Below the pieces are notes generated by a model, which worked only from the letters and a program-made list of their open reading frames with translations, had not been told where the DNA came from and did no database searches. A DNA stretch of 44,934 bases, the filler included, from Jimgerdemannia flammicorona (taxonomy: Eukaryota): the NCBI GenBank assembly GCA_003990765.1. It is 2 parts of 2 records of this genome, joined end to end, with 100 filler letters (N's around TTAATTAATTAA, not from the genome) between each part and the next. Parts side by side here need not be neighbours in the genome. Positions count along the whole stretch, not along the records: positions 1 to 22,424 come from RBNJ01001284.1; positions 22,525 to 44,934 come from RBNJ01001285.1. One strand, 5' to 3'. Below are positions 11,816 through 24,575 of this stretch, piece after piece. Every line of letters begins with the position of its first letter. Positions within the stretch are counted from its first letter, which is position 1. A program made the translations under genes and the position numbers.

Positions 11816-13075
11816 ATGGACCCCCCATTATCCACCCTCAAACGCTTTGACCACCAAGTCGCCGGGCACGACTCCCTGTTGCAGCACCCGACCTCAGACC
11901 TGTTGGTCGTAAAGCCGTGCAGCGTCATCGAACGCGAGTTCTACGAGAGCGCCCGGACACGACCAGAAGTGGCTGAGTGGTTGCCCGAGTTCTTCGGGTA
12001 CCTTAGGATTGCGTCAGATGAGGAAAAGAGATTGTTGGGTAGGAAGGTGAAAGCGGAGGAGACGGAAGACGGAGTGGTTGGCAAAAAGATTGTGGGGATG
12101 TCGTTGAATCTGACGGGGCCGGATGATATCCTTTGTGTAATTCTGAACTTGCGCTCTCACCGCGCTCTTGTCATGCAACCGTCTCGTATAACATCCCTTA
12201 ACAAACCCCTGCAAACACACTATATCTGCTTAGAGAATATCGTTCACGGCTTCAAGCACCCCTGTGTGATGGACCTCAAGATTGGCACGCGCCTTTACAG
12301 TGACGACGCCTCCGATAACAAGCGCCACCGGATGCTCGACAAGGCCGCCAAAACCACCTCCGGAAGCCTGGGAATCCGGATCACAGGCATGAAGGTAACT
12401 CGCGGGATCAGGCATGCGCACGCGACACACCTCTCGTAGCTCACATACCTGTTCCCTAAATAACAGGTCTTTGAACCCACCTCCAACTCCTACACCGTCT
12501 ACACAAAACCTTTCTGTAAATCTTTCACACCAACCACCATCCTCTCGGGCTTCCTCGCCTACTTATTCCCAACCTCCGCCGCATCTGCCTCCATCCCCTC
12601 CCTCGACATCGCCGCAACATCTGTCGTTCCCGTCCCTGCCGACACAGACACACAAATAACCGCACGCGCGCCGATCCCCCCCGCCAAGAAGCGCTGGATT
12701 ATGCGCCGGTTCGTCGATGACCTAGAGGAATTGCACGAAACGGTCGAGGCAGCGCATGGGTTGCGCATGTACGGGAGCTCGTTGCTGTTTGTGTATGAGG
12801 GCGATCCGGAGGCGTTGGAGTGCGCGTGGGTCGCGGTTAAGGAGAGGCAGAGGAGGGAGGAGGAAGAGAAGAAGGAGGAGAAGGAGGAGGAGGAGAAGGA
12901 TGACGAGGAAGAGAGGGAACCGAAAATTATGGATTTGAAGATTATCGATTTTGCGCACTCGAAGTGGTTAGATGAGAGCGCCGGGCCGGACGAAGGAATT
13001 GTATTTGGGGTGGGAAACGCGATCAAGATGCTCAAAAGGTGCCTGGAAGAGCAGAAGAGGGAGAAGTATGTGTGA
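11816..13075 (+). CDS. ARG82: Inositol polyphosphate multikinase (Arg82/Ipk2/IPMK family), ~364 aa; exons 11816-12125, 12219-12394, 12467-13075
   Basis: HQVAGH, YICLENI, PCVMDLKIG (PxxxDxKxG), SSLL and IIDFAH motifs. The GT-AG intron 12395-12466 restores the frame. Intron 1 is AT-AC. Confidence 0.88.
12126..12218 (+). other. U12-type (minor spliceosome) AT-AC intron, 93 nt
   Basis: 5' site ATATCCTTT, branch site TCCCTTAAC (12194-12202) about 16 nt before the 3' CAC. Removal gives GPD-D-YICLENI in frame. Confidence 0.85.
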
Positions 13076-13861
13076 ATGAGTGGTTTGACGGAGGGGTAGA
13101 GGAGAGGGTACGGATAGAGTTGAAATCACAGTGCATGATAATCGGAACAAATATGTTCGAAACATTGATTTGTTAATTGCCCAATCTCTGGGGATATCTG
13201 ATCAAATTTGCCAGCTGGGGGATCTGATCTTGGCTTGTGATGTTGTAGAAATAAGTGGTTGCTGGTCAAAATTGGTCGTTCGCAAGGCAAATTCGACCGG
13301 CCCTATCCTCACCAGATGCTCGTGCGCTATGTTCGGAGCGCCAAGCAGTGGGTACAAAAGTGATAAAGTCCCCTCTCCCATAGGTGACACCGTTTCCGTC
13401 ACGAGATTGCACTATCGAGACAAAGAAGTAATAAACTCAATGATCTTAGTAACAAGAATCATCGAGATAAATATGTAGAACTCAAATGACCTCGGTAACG
13501 TTTATGTCAAGAGAAAGCAAGACAGCCACAAAGGGAATCGAAGTCCAGTAAACATACAAAGAATAGATGAAAGCGTGGCGACGAAAACACAAAAGCAACG
13601 TGATATAGGCCAATCCGACATAACATTCATTAGGTGAGCAAAATGGTCTTATAAGCAGAGAAAAAAATAGAAAAAACAACAAAACAAACAGTCCCTCTCT
13701 CTCAAGCCACACAACATCTCCAGCGACGACGCCGTATAGCCAATCGATATACAGCTCATCGGTACCGCACCACACAGTCTACAATCACACCTCGAAGCAC
13801 CTTTGCAAGAGCACCCCAACTCGCATAATAGCACCACCCCTCACACCCCTCTCGCCAATCT

Positions 13862-15054
13862 TTACTCCCGTCTGAGATTGTCGAGCCTCGCCTGCAGTGC
13901 GGCGTCGTCCGACATCATGCCCTCGGCCTGAGGTATGCGCTCGGCGGCTGCCGCCGAGCTTTGCTTCTGCTTGATGCCCGTGGGGGCGTCGACGAGCTGG
14001 AAGTGGGGGGGGGAAGGCAGGGACGGTGAGAAACCGACAACGCCGACAAAAACTTCGCACATACAGCACAAGAAAACCCAACACAACACAACACAGCGAC
14101 GCACCTCCTGGTTCAGGTCGATACCAATCTCGTCAAGGACTTTGTTGACGATCTCCTCGCTCTCCTCGGCGTCATCCTCTTCCTCCATCACGTCGTCAAT
14201 CACGTCGTTCATCATCTCCTCCTTCATGTCCATGATCTCAGATTCCCGCTCGAACTCCATCATGATGTTCTGAATCGCAGGGAGGTTCATCTGCCGGTTC
14301 ATCGACGACATGGCTTTCGTCGCTCCTTTCATCGCTTCCGCCATCTGCTGATTAGAGCGGAGTGTCTGGATACGGGGGAAGGGGGGTAGGGACGTGTGTA
14401 GAAAGGTGTGAAGTTATCCAAACAAACGAGGATGAAGTATCTTAAAAGGGTGTAAACCAGAATGGGACCGAGTGCTAACCTGTATGCGTAGGCCCACGGC
14501 CTGCAGTTGTGTCTTCATTTGGTAGAACTTTTGGATATATCTTCGCGTCCGAACCAGATCCTTGGCCATGACCTTGCACGCGCTCTGCAATTACGGAAGT
14601 GGGAGGGAAGATGGTGTGAGGGTGAAGCGAGCACGGATTTGGAGGTGGACGGTGAGGTCAATAGTGTCGCCATGATTGCAGACCCTGGTAATGGATTATC
14701 GCCGAGTTCGAAATGTGGGTAGTCCGTGTAGAATCCAAGACCACATCTCCAGAGTAGCTACATATACGCATACGCAGCCATCCGAAAGCCTACCTCCACA
14801 AACCGAACACCGTCAAAACATCTCCAACAGCCAGCTGTCCCACGGAAAACAACAAAAAAAAAAAAAAAAAAAAAAAAAAGACAAACCAGCTGATTCGCCT
14901 TGGCGGTCTTCTTGATGTCGGAGATCAGCTTCTTCTCTTGCGCCTCCAGCTTCACGCGCTCCCGGTCGAGCTCCCGCTGAGCCTTCTGCAGGCTCCGCTG
15001 GTGCTGACGCAACATCTCGGCGGGGGTCTTGCGGCGGCCAAAGAGGAGGTCCAT
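13862..15054 (-). CDS. DID4: ESCRT-III subunit Vps2/Did4 (CHMP2A), 222 aa; exons 15054-14887, 14584-14480, 14365-14105, 13996-13862
   Basis: MDLLFGRRKTPAEMLRQHQR, KVMAKDLVRTRRY, MAEAMKGATKAM and the C-terminal MIM-like DDAALQARLDNLRRE. Three phase-0 GT-AG introns. Confidence 0.97.
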
Positions 15055-15766
15055 TGCTTATTCGTCGTAAGTGTGGAGTATGGAGGTGAGGTTGTAGAGA
15101 TGGAGCCATGGGCTTGTTGATGACACTCGGCACGTCATGCTCATATGGCACGTGATACGTGACTACTTCATGACTTCAAAGTGGCACGTGTCGCCGATAA
15201 CAATCCCAATCGCACAAGGACCCTTCGCATACGTCTACACCAAGTTAGCAGGATTGACCCGTGTTGGTATTTTCGAACCTGTCCCATCGCATTTGGCCCG
15301 CGCGTTTATGTGTGCTGACTATACTTGGACCCTATCTCGCGCGTTCGGTGTTATTATGGATCCAGTGTCTTTGTTGTTACTCGCTACCTTTTCGGCGATA
15401 TGCTGGAGTCCACGTCATATTGGCCGAGTTTGTAGTATGAACTGTGGGAGGATGTGGACGGGCTGGGTGGTGGCTGTACGAATAAAAACAAATTTTCCTT
15501 TCCAGAAGAGCAACCTTGCCCATTATTCATCTGAACAACTTGGATCAGAGAAGACCTTTAGATATTATCTTTCTTTTTTCATGAATGGAACACAAATTGA
15601 AAAGGAAACAGGACGACCGCCTGTAAAAAGTTATTCAGTCGTTCGAGGATGGCGGTTTCCTTCTTGTGTTTTATATATCCTACTAAATATTCGCCCCCTC
15701 CGAAAAGCTCGCGAGTCGTCTAGAGCTCCGAAACCCGACTTCGAGCTCGATCCCGCAGAAAGACAC

Positions 15767-16392
15767 CTACTTCCTGATTAGGCAGTAAAGGTTCTGGCCG
15801 ACACTGATGCTTTGGAGATGTCTGAAGTCGCCCTCGAGACACATGAGGAGGCCGCCGTAGGAGATGAAGACGGCGCTGGAGGAGAAGGGTGAAATGATGG
15901 GTGAGCATGAATCGTCGGTGTTGTGGTCATGCTCATTACCTGCGACCTACCAAACCCCTCCAACCTTCTTCCCGTCCACCCATTACGCTATTACAAATTA
16001 AACCACCACACTTACACTTTCTGCCCGGCCCCCAACCCCCCACCACCGCTCCCGATCTCGTCGAACCTGTACACCTTGCCGTAGGTGACGTACTCGTACT
16101 CATCGCTCAAGTCGCGCTCGCCGGCCAGCCGCTCGCGCCAGGTCATAGGTTTGTCAGCGCCAGCGCTGGCGGTGGATCCGACGCCGTCCATGGAGAGGGT
16201 CGACGCCAACACCAGCGAGAACTTGTCGTTGATCTCCAGCGGATACAGCTCGTTGTTGTAATCTAGCGTCAGGTCCATCTCGTAGTTCTCGGAGCGGGCC
16301 TTGAGGCGTGACACGCGGTCAAACTTTTTGCCCTCGGGATCAATGTCTTTTATCTCAAAGATATCGGAGAAGAGGATATTATCTTTGGACAT
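15767..16392 (-). CDS. RPB8: RNA polymerase I/II/III common subunit Rpb8 (RPABC3), 161 aa; exons 16392-16016, 15875-15767
   Basis: LFSDIFEIKDIDPEGKKFDRVSR, LDYNNELYP, YEYVTYGKVYRF and second-exon SYGGLLM. Phase-2 GTAAGT..CAG intron. Confidence 0.97.
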
Positions 16393-16657
16393 GGTGTGAG
16401 TCAGGGCAGTCGAATTTTTGTTTACTGAGTTGTTCTCCCGCTACGCCACTCGTTGTTGTCACGTGAGACGGACACGGATGACGTAGCGCTCGTCTCACAA
16501 AACACCCAAAACACGTCCTATTTGACCTCGTTGCTCCTTTCCTGCACGACACGACCGACGACAACCCTTTCTCCCGAGCCATCCCTCGAACACAAAACAA
16601 AGAACTCACCACACACACGCACACACACGGAAACGAGCCACAATAACCCTATAAACC
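16393..16657. promoter_or_regulatory. Probable bidirectional promoter between divergent RPB8 and NUP192
   Basis: Only 265 bp separate the two start codons. Contains CACGTG at 16460-16465. Confidence 0.55.
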
Positions 16658-19600
16658 ATGGCAGAGGTCATCTGGCACCCACAGGCAGAGGCTCTGCACA
16701 ACTTCATTTGCGACGCCTACACATCAACATCGCCCTCCATGGCGAAGGAGCTGCAGCAGGAACTGGAGAGATTCAAGCCAAGATTCTTGACACTTCTGGA
16801 CGACCCGCCAAGGAACGCAGATCATAGAGCAGAATTGCAGAGAGGTATATGGAAACTACCTATGATTTCCAATCCAAATATTTTTGCCGATTTTTTTTCC
16901 AACACGTACCGAAAACTAACCACAGCCCGCAACACGCGCAAATAGGCACAGTGAAAATCAACAAAGTCCAGCACCGCGTCAACGAAGGCTTCATCCACGA
17001 GACCAAACTCCTCTCTGACAACCTCGACATTGACGAATACCTCGCCGCGACCCTCCTCCAATATGGTACCCAACAGCGTTCTCGCTTCGATCGCCCCGCC
17101 TGCGAGACCGCCATCCTCCTCTACCATAGCGAGCGCGGTTATTTCCTCAACTGCATCGACCTCATCGTCAAGGGCGCCGCGAACGATTCCGTCCGCAATG
17201 ACATCCGCAGCGTCTTCGAACGCTTTGCCTCCGATCTCGTCGAAGCCGTCGTTCCACTCGGCCGCGGCTCCGCCGTGGGAAACGGCACCTTCGCCCAGAA
17301 GATCATGAAGACCATCGAGAACCTCAAGGCGCAGATCACATCGCTGACGGAATCGGGGGCCTTGGAATCCGCCATCGCGACGGCGGCGGCGGCGGCGGCG
17401 CCAAATGCGGGGGGAAGGCCAGGCAGACTAGGGGACGACATCACGAAGGACCGCATCAGGCGACTGAAGGAAGAGCGCAAGGAGCTCGCGCACATCCTCT
17501 TCCACATCTCGTACAACCGGCAGTTGGCCGCGAACGAGATTGTTATGCTGGCCGAGATGCTTCGGCGGGCCGACCTCACCGACGTCGTTACCATCTACTA
17601 CCTCGTCGCGCTCCTCGCGTCCATCGACAGTGTTCCCGAGCACGCCCTCGCCGGCAGCGCCGCGCCCGCACGTCACGACTCACTGGCGCTGAACAAAAGC
17701 TTTCTGAACCGGTTCAACGCGCTTATCACGCAACCCGACTGGTCCGTGCCGGCACTACGCGCCGTTATCACCCTGCAATGGACAATGTTTCTGGTGTTCG
17801 CGCTCAGTAAGCGGCCCTCGCTCCAGGAGGAGCTGCACTTTAAGTACGACAGGATCGAGCAGATGGTCGAGGTCAGCGTTATGAGCGACGCGTTCCAGTT
17901 CGCCACGCATTACGTGCTCGGATTTCGGGAGACCGAGTCGGAGAGGACGCTGATCGAGTCACTCACATTCTTGACCGCCGCTCCTCCCACAACGAACGGG
18001 AACGCCCCTACAGCGAACGGCACAGCCGCCCCCTCCCCCGCGGAAATTACAAAGGTCAGGCTGGAGGTGGACCCAGATTTCCATTGGTACATCATCCATC
18101 AGTTCGAGCTGTTCGTCACGTCGTTCATCGCCAAATTTGCCGCCTACCTGAAGCGCACCAAGAATCGAGAGGAGGACGCCGTCTTCTCGCAGCACCCGTC
18201 GCGGCCCGCCCTCGCGGGCGCCGCCGCGAACACGACCCCGCGCCGGGACCTCGAAAGCTTTTTCCTTCTCATCTCGACTCTCTACCAGGACCGCCCGAAC
18301 GCTGGGCTCAGCTTCTGGGAGGACCCCGAGGGCCGCCTCTTCGGCTTTCTCAGGTGGGCGATCGACGTGCGCGTGCCGAGCATGGTCCACGCTCTCTTCG
18401 ACATGCTGGGTTCTCTCGCTACGGGGAACTTGTGTGCCCAGCACACATACGATTTTTTAAACACCAACGGTGGACAGCGCACGCTCCAACCGACAACCGG
18501 CCATCACCACGTCGTCTCGTGGACCGCACTCTTCTCCGCCCTGGATTTCTACTCCACCGGACTGAAGAACGCGCCCCCCGTCGCCCCCCCCGCAGCCCAA
18601 GCTCCTGAAATTCCGCCGGACGAGATTAAGCTCTTGAGATCCTTCCTGCGGCTGCTCCGGCAGGTCGTCAAATACTCACCTACGGCCCGCATGACCCTCT
18701 ACGAGAATCAGCAGTACCGCGTCATGTTCATGCTCTTCAACCTACTCGGGTGCGCCATCCCCGTCGACCTCAAGGCCGCCCTGTTCGACACCATCGCCGC
18801 CTTCTGCGCCCCATCGGGCATCGCCGGAAACATCGGGGCCGAGCTCGCAAAGTCTGTTTGGGTCGTCCTCGAGCAGGCTCAAGTGCTTACCACCGTCAAG
18901 GGGAGCGTGCAACAGCTGCAATATACGCAACAGACGCAGCTCGGCGGAGCACCCGTGCAACAGCAGAGGGAGGAAGCCCAGGGGATATTGTTCGAACTGC
19001 AGGAGATCGAGTCCGCGAACGAGACCTATCCGGAGACGCTGGCGTTCGTGAACCTGCTCAACACACTCGTGCACGTCCCGTCAAAGAACGCCGCCCTGCG
19101 TTCGGGGTTCGGCGTCGGATCGCCCTCCATCCCCGAGAACCTGGGTGCCGGGTATCGCCCACCCGGCGGGATCATCCCATACGTTAGCTTCGTCATTGAT
19201 CATGTGCTGCTCAAAGCCAACACGCGTGGATACCTGCACCCTGCGGAGAAGTGGCGGGTGATTGAGACCTCGCTTAAACTCGTCGAGAAGTGCCTGATCG
19301 CGTACGACCTTAGCGGCCTCACCATTGACGCCTCCGTCGCCAACATCGCCGCACCGCAACAGCCCACCGCCGCGGGCGCTGCCGCGGTAGCCTCCGTCTC
19401 TTCAGGCACGCAAAGCCTGCTCTCCTATTACGTGCACCCGGGGTTCGAGATCATGTGCCGCTTGCTGTGCGGGTCGAAGCTTCTCGATGAGGTTTTCCGC
19501 ATCATTGGACTAGGCGTCGACGCAGTCAACGAAAACTCCATGAACACGGCGTTCTTCCGAAAGGCCGTGCTAAGGTGCTTGCGCATCGTGTCGCGTGTCA

Positions 19601-22325
19601 TACACATCCAGGAGGTCTTCCTAGACATCCTTATCCCAGGTATCACCGATAACCCGGGCCTCGTTGCGCCCGCTAAGCCAAGCCTGCCCCCGTCACTTGT
19701 CCAGATTGATCAGTTACTTCTATATAGGCAGACCGTCGTCATCCAGATAGCGCTGTTCGTGAATTGCACTGATGGAGAAGAGATTTGTCTGCTGGCCGTC
19801 AAGATTCTGGCAGCGCTGGCGGAGTCGCCGTACTTCAACGGGACTGAGAGATTGGTGGGCGGAGGAAGGATCAACCGGCTCGTCGGGATGCTGGATGCGA
19901 GCGACGAGTCATTGCGCATCTCCTACGGGTTCTTCGAAAGGTTGGAGGTAGACGAACCCGAGAAAGGGACGTCGCAGTACAACGAGCAGGACACGGACAC
20001 CATCCCTTTATTGCTCGAGAACCCTGGGGCGGAAGATCTGGACGTCGGGCAGCCAGGCATGGCGAACTCGGTCCGGCTGGCCATACTGCAGATCCTGCTC
20101 GACAACGTGAGCGGAACAAAGGTACCTCCAACCATTGCGCACTTCCTGCTCGGTTACAGCCTGCGCGGCAATATCTCGCAGACGGAAATCAAGGATCCGA
20201 CCTCCACCGATGCTAATATGTCGTGTCTGCATGTGATCCTCGACCTGCTCAGGGAGGGCATCCGGAAAGATGACGACCTGGACATAGATGGCGCAAGAGT
20301 GTCGCACGGTGTCCCGCTGTTTGTCAAGCATCCGACTCTGGCCGAGCGTTGCTTCCACCTCATCTACAAGCTGTGCTCCGACGCCAATACGTCGTCTCCG
20401 ACTATGCGCTACCTGCGCAACCGCGAGGACTTCTTCCATAGGCAGTTCAAGGCAATGCCCGTGCGGCTTGATCGGCGCGATAACGGGCTCGGTGGAGAGA
20501 TTATTGGAGCTGACGGCGTGAAATCCACGGTCGACTACGCGTCGTTGCTGGCCCAGCTTCACCAGCGTGCGTGGCTCATGAAGACAGTCGCGCTCGAGCT
20601 GCACCTTACCACCAACGCCGGACAGAGATCGCATACGCAGCGGCTACTCGAGCTCATGTTCAGCACCACTGAGACCGATCAGCCCGGCGATGAGGATGAT
20701 TCGGAGATGGATGCGGGGGAAAGCGATGTGGGGAACACGTATGGGAAGTCCAAGTTCCAGCAGCCGTTGATGAAAATGCTCGAGGTGTTGAACTCGTTGA
20801 ACTTTGTGTGGAAGGACTCGTTTGGGAGAGAGGAAATAGATTTGTATTATTTTGCCGGGATCAGTCTTGAGGCTTATTTGCGAGTCAACGAGCGGCTGTG
20901 TCACGTTTATGACATTCGCGCCATCTATGCCTTCTTGTTGTCGTGGCAGAACCAGTTAGAGAAGCAAGGGGCCATCACGACCGTGGGCCATCGCAACATC
21001 ATTAAAGGCGAGATCAAACGGATCCTGCAGCACTGCATCGCCGAGAACCACACCCGCGAACTGATTCACGCGCAGATCCACTGCCTCGAAGCATGGAAGC
21101 AGGTGGTGGAGATCACATTGGCCAAGTGCTTTGACCTGCTGGCCACGGAGGTGCGCGAGTCGATCCTGTACAACCTCATCTCGGCCCTCCTGCCCAAGAT
21201 CAACGACGAGGCCGCCCACGTCGTCATGGCCGAGAGCCTCAGCAGCGTCGTTCTCTCCCTCATGACCAAGCTACGTCAGGACCGCCATCGCCAGGCCGTG
21301 CTGCAGGCTGCCGTTGTCTCAGACGACAGCGCTGCCCTACGCCTGCCCACCGACAGGTTGCATGTCATCTTCAAGGGCCTGATCGAGGGCATCCAGAGGC
21401 CCGGCACTAGCGTATCTATGCGTGGGAACCTTTACACCGTCCTCGTCAACTACCTGCAGTACACCAACAACGAGACAGATCCCGTCGCCGTCGCGCTGCG
21501 CTCCCCATTCCTTGGCAGGGGGCCCGACCGGTCCATCCTCATGGGTGTCGAGGACTCGTATTCGTTCGATCCCTCGGCCTCCTTCGTCAGTGGTAACGGG
21601 AGCGGCCAGCGCGGTACTCTCGAGGCGGGCAATATCGCCATCGTCAATGTGGCCGGCGACAAGTTCTTCGATGTACTGTGTCGGGACGCGTCAGACGGGA
21701 ACGACGTCTGGAAGACGGCGGCGTTCACGGCCCTCGACGCGCTGAGCGTGCTCATGAGGCGTGAGAAGAATAACCGAGTGCTGCAGTATATGGTCAGGCG
21801 GAACTTCTTGAGACACTTTGTCGATATGGTCAAGAAGGACGATGAAGAGTTGCAACAGGTTTTGCAGCCGGATCCGGGTGAGTGGAGGGATTATTACCGA
21901 GTCATGTTGAACATACGTTGGAGACGCGGATCAACACGCTCACTGTTTTGCATCTCTTGTAGAATCTTTGAATGCATTGTACGTCTACGAATCGAAGATG
22001 TCCCTTTTCTTGCGGATCTCACAGAGGCGGGATGGTGCCGAGAAGCTTTTGGAGAATGGCGTGATTGAGATCCTCGCGCAGAGCCAGTTCTTGGATCAGC
22101 GTCCCGAGATCGATATGAGTCTCACAGGTATGGCATTGTCATGAGCACGGCCAAATATATGGAAACAGCTTGACTGAGGAATAGTCTTTACTCAATTAAT
22201 CAGGGGTTGATACGTTCCTGCCGCCGGCAACTGAGCGGTACCATCAGTTGTTGCTGCCTGCCTTACAGTTGATCGTCGGGATCCTAGCGACTATGGGCCA
22301 TGAAAATACTTCGGTGCTCAACAGA
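16658..22325 (+). CDS. NUP192: Nucleoporin Nup192/Nup205, 3'-partial (1802 codons visible); exons 16658-16844, 16946-21877, 21963-22127, 22204-22325
   Basis: LSDNLDIDEY, ELQEIESANETYPETLAFVNLL, IPENLGAGYRPPG, PTIAHFLLG and TMRYLRNREDFF are typical of the Nup192/205 family. GT-AG introns keep the frame. A donor at 22326 runs into the assembly gap. Confidence 0.93.
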
Positions 22326-22341
22326 GTGAGGCATTAAAACG

Positions 22342-22382
<41 letters not shown>

Positions 22383-22388
22383 TCCAAT

Positions 22389-22424
<36 letters not shown>

Positions 22425-22524
22425 NNNNNNNNNNNNNNNNNNNNNNNNNNNNNNNNNNNNNNNNNNNNTTAATTAATTAANNNNNNNNNNNNNNNNNNNN
22501 NNNNNNNNNNNNNNNNNNNNNNNN
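22425..22524. other. Assembly gap: 44 N + TTAATTAATTAA six-frame stop linker + 44 N
   Basis: Directly visible; 100 bp in total. Confidence 0.97.
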
Positions 22525-24575
22525 CGCTCCAGGAGGTACGAGTTGAGGTTCTGTGGTGGCAGGTGGTTGACCGAGAGTAGTGGGGTTTGATAGATTAAGA
22601 GTAGGAGGTGGGTCGATGTTGGTCATATTAGATGTGCATATTATGATAATTATTGAACATGTTTAAGTAGGTATTGGGTGCGTAATGACATTTGTTGGTT
22701 TCATAAAGTCAGCTCACTAATATATTGGGGAGCGGACCATTAATGTAATATACAGGGCGGACGAGGTTAAAAAACGTTGGTATAATATATTTGAATAAAA
22801 ATAATAATAATTATAAACTGCAATGCTGTATCAAAATGGCATGTTTATCTTCCCTCTATTTGGGAGCGCAAAGGTTGATTCAATCCCAGGCGTGGCACCA
22901 CACTTATTGCTACAGAAAAACGATATGCCTGTGACTACCTAACATGCTTCGCCTCCTGACTCATTCACATTTTGTAACCATTGCAATGAGAATGACGTGT
23001 TCTTATGAATGGGGCGTTGAGGGTGGTTTTTTCCGAGCTATGGGCCATAATTATTATGTACCTCAGTGCACACTGGCATAGGTTCTCAAACCAGCTCACT
23101 TAGCTCCTTATCTATTACAATGACGTTTGCAATTTCATATATCGCGTTTCGAGTAAGGGATATGTTGGTACATTTTATTGTGGGTCAGAAGGGTGAGTGG
23201 AAAAGTATTCAGAGGAAAATTAGGGGGGGAGACGTAAGTCTTTTGACTTGTGGCGCTTGTGTGTGGATGTCGGGGAGAGGAGGATGTAAGTGAGAGGAGG
23301 ACAGGCGGGTCACACTGCCGGCTGAGTGAAATTGTTGGAACTAGGATGACGCGTTTTGTTAAGGAATTCGTTTATGGGTTTTCAGCTGAACTGGGTACAG
23401 GGGGATGCAGTTGCATCTATATGGATGTGTTTACTAAGGAATTCATTATGAAATACGTCTGGGAACGACTCACAGAACCTGAAAAGCGACCTGTTGTAAG
23501 GGGATTCCTGGGATATCCTTGAATGTACCTGCTTTCAAATTTCAGACTACTTCAACTCCCCTTTATTTCAATCCTAAGAATCTAGTATTTATATAAAATT
23601 TCCTTACTAAAATAATACAACTATATGGGGCTCCCACGTAAGTCTGTATATAAGCCCTTTGGCGCCCGAGATGTATTTCTGCAGGTCTCATCTTTGCGTA
23701 GAACCGTTTAAGAACCTCCTTCTCGATTCTAGACTATCGTTCCATGAGGAACGCGTCAATTTTGAGGCACTTGCTGAAAAGATTACAAGGGAATTTCACG
23801 TCTGACGACCTGTTCAATTGAGCACAAATCCAGCAAAATTGGTGCCTGGTATTTCAATCCAGAAAACTACAATTATGGCATATAATTTATTCATACAACA
23901 TATACAAATGTGAAAATGAATATAGTGAATGTGAATCTATTGTGTTTTTAATTACCCGCAACTTGATAAAATATATTCTCTTGAACTTTGTAATACTATA
24001 ATATAGAGCTTTACTTATTCTAAAACTCAATTGAGTATCTGTCTGAAATGTTCAATATATTAGTCAATCTCACCTTCATCTATATTATTCTGATTATTCC
24101 TATAAGCAATTATAATAAAATTAATAAGTAATATCAGTTTCAATAAAAGTTATTATAGCAAAGTTTAAATCATTTAAACTTTAATCTTCTTAAGCCCTAC
24201 TGAAACTATAGTTATACATCTCTCTAAACTTAACAAGACCACTTTTATCTCTCTAAGCTCTACTATTTACATTTCTTTTTTATAATCTCTCAAAAGTAAA
24301 ATTTATTTGATCAATATATTTTTAGTATGAGATATATAAGAATTATACTTCTAAAGAGAACTTGCAGCTTTTAATTAATAAAGATAAAATAAATGTTGAA
24401 AAATAAAAATTTAATAAGTTTTATGAAAAATATTCTATAGAAAATATTTTTATAATTTATCTAAAATTGAGTTTGAAAATTGATTAAATATAATTCTGAT
24501 TTAGTTTTATTAGATTAGATATAATTTTTATTTAAAACTAATTTTAAATTTGAGTTAAATAAAACTAACATATAT

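Noticed and set aside
14585..14886. Long VPS2 intron 1 as a snoRNA host
   Set aside because: No convincing C/D or H/ACA box arrangement seen by eye.
15137..15781. 214-aa plus-strand ORF between VPS2 and RPB8
   Set aside because: Overlaps the VPS2 promoter and the RPB8 3' region, and has no recognisable domain or host-like codon bias.
16822..21833. Many antisense and alternate-frame ORFs over NUP192
   Set aside because: Shadows of GC-rich coding sequence, with no independent motifs.
21878..22068. C-terminus of the 1739-aa ORF as the real Nup192 end
   Set aside because: Read-through of intron 21878-21962. The spliced frame continues to 22325 and into the gap.
22469..22480. Palindromic TTAATTAATTAA in the middle of the N run
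   Set aside because: Artificial six-frame stop linker from contig joining. The two sides of the gap may not be truly adjacent.
22525..23900. Possible NUP192 3' exons or another gene after the gap
   Set aside because: No frame with recognisable similarity; short ORFs only.
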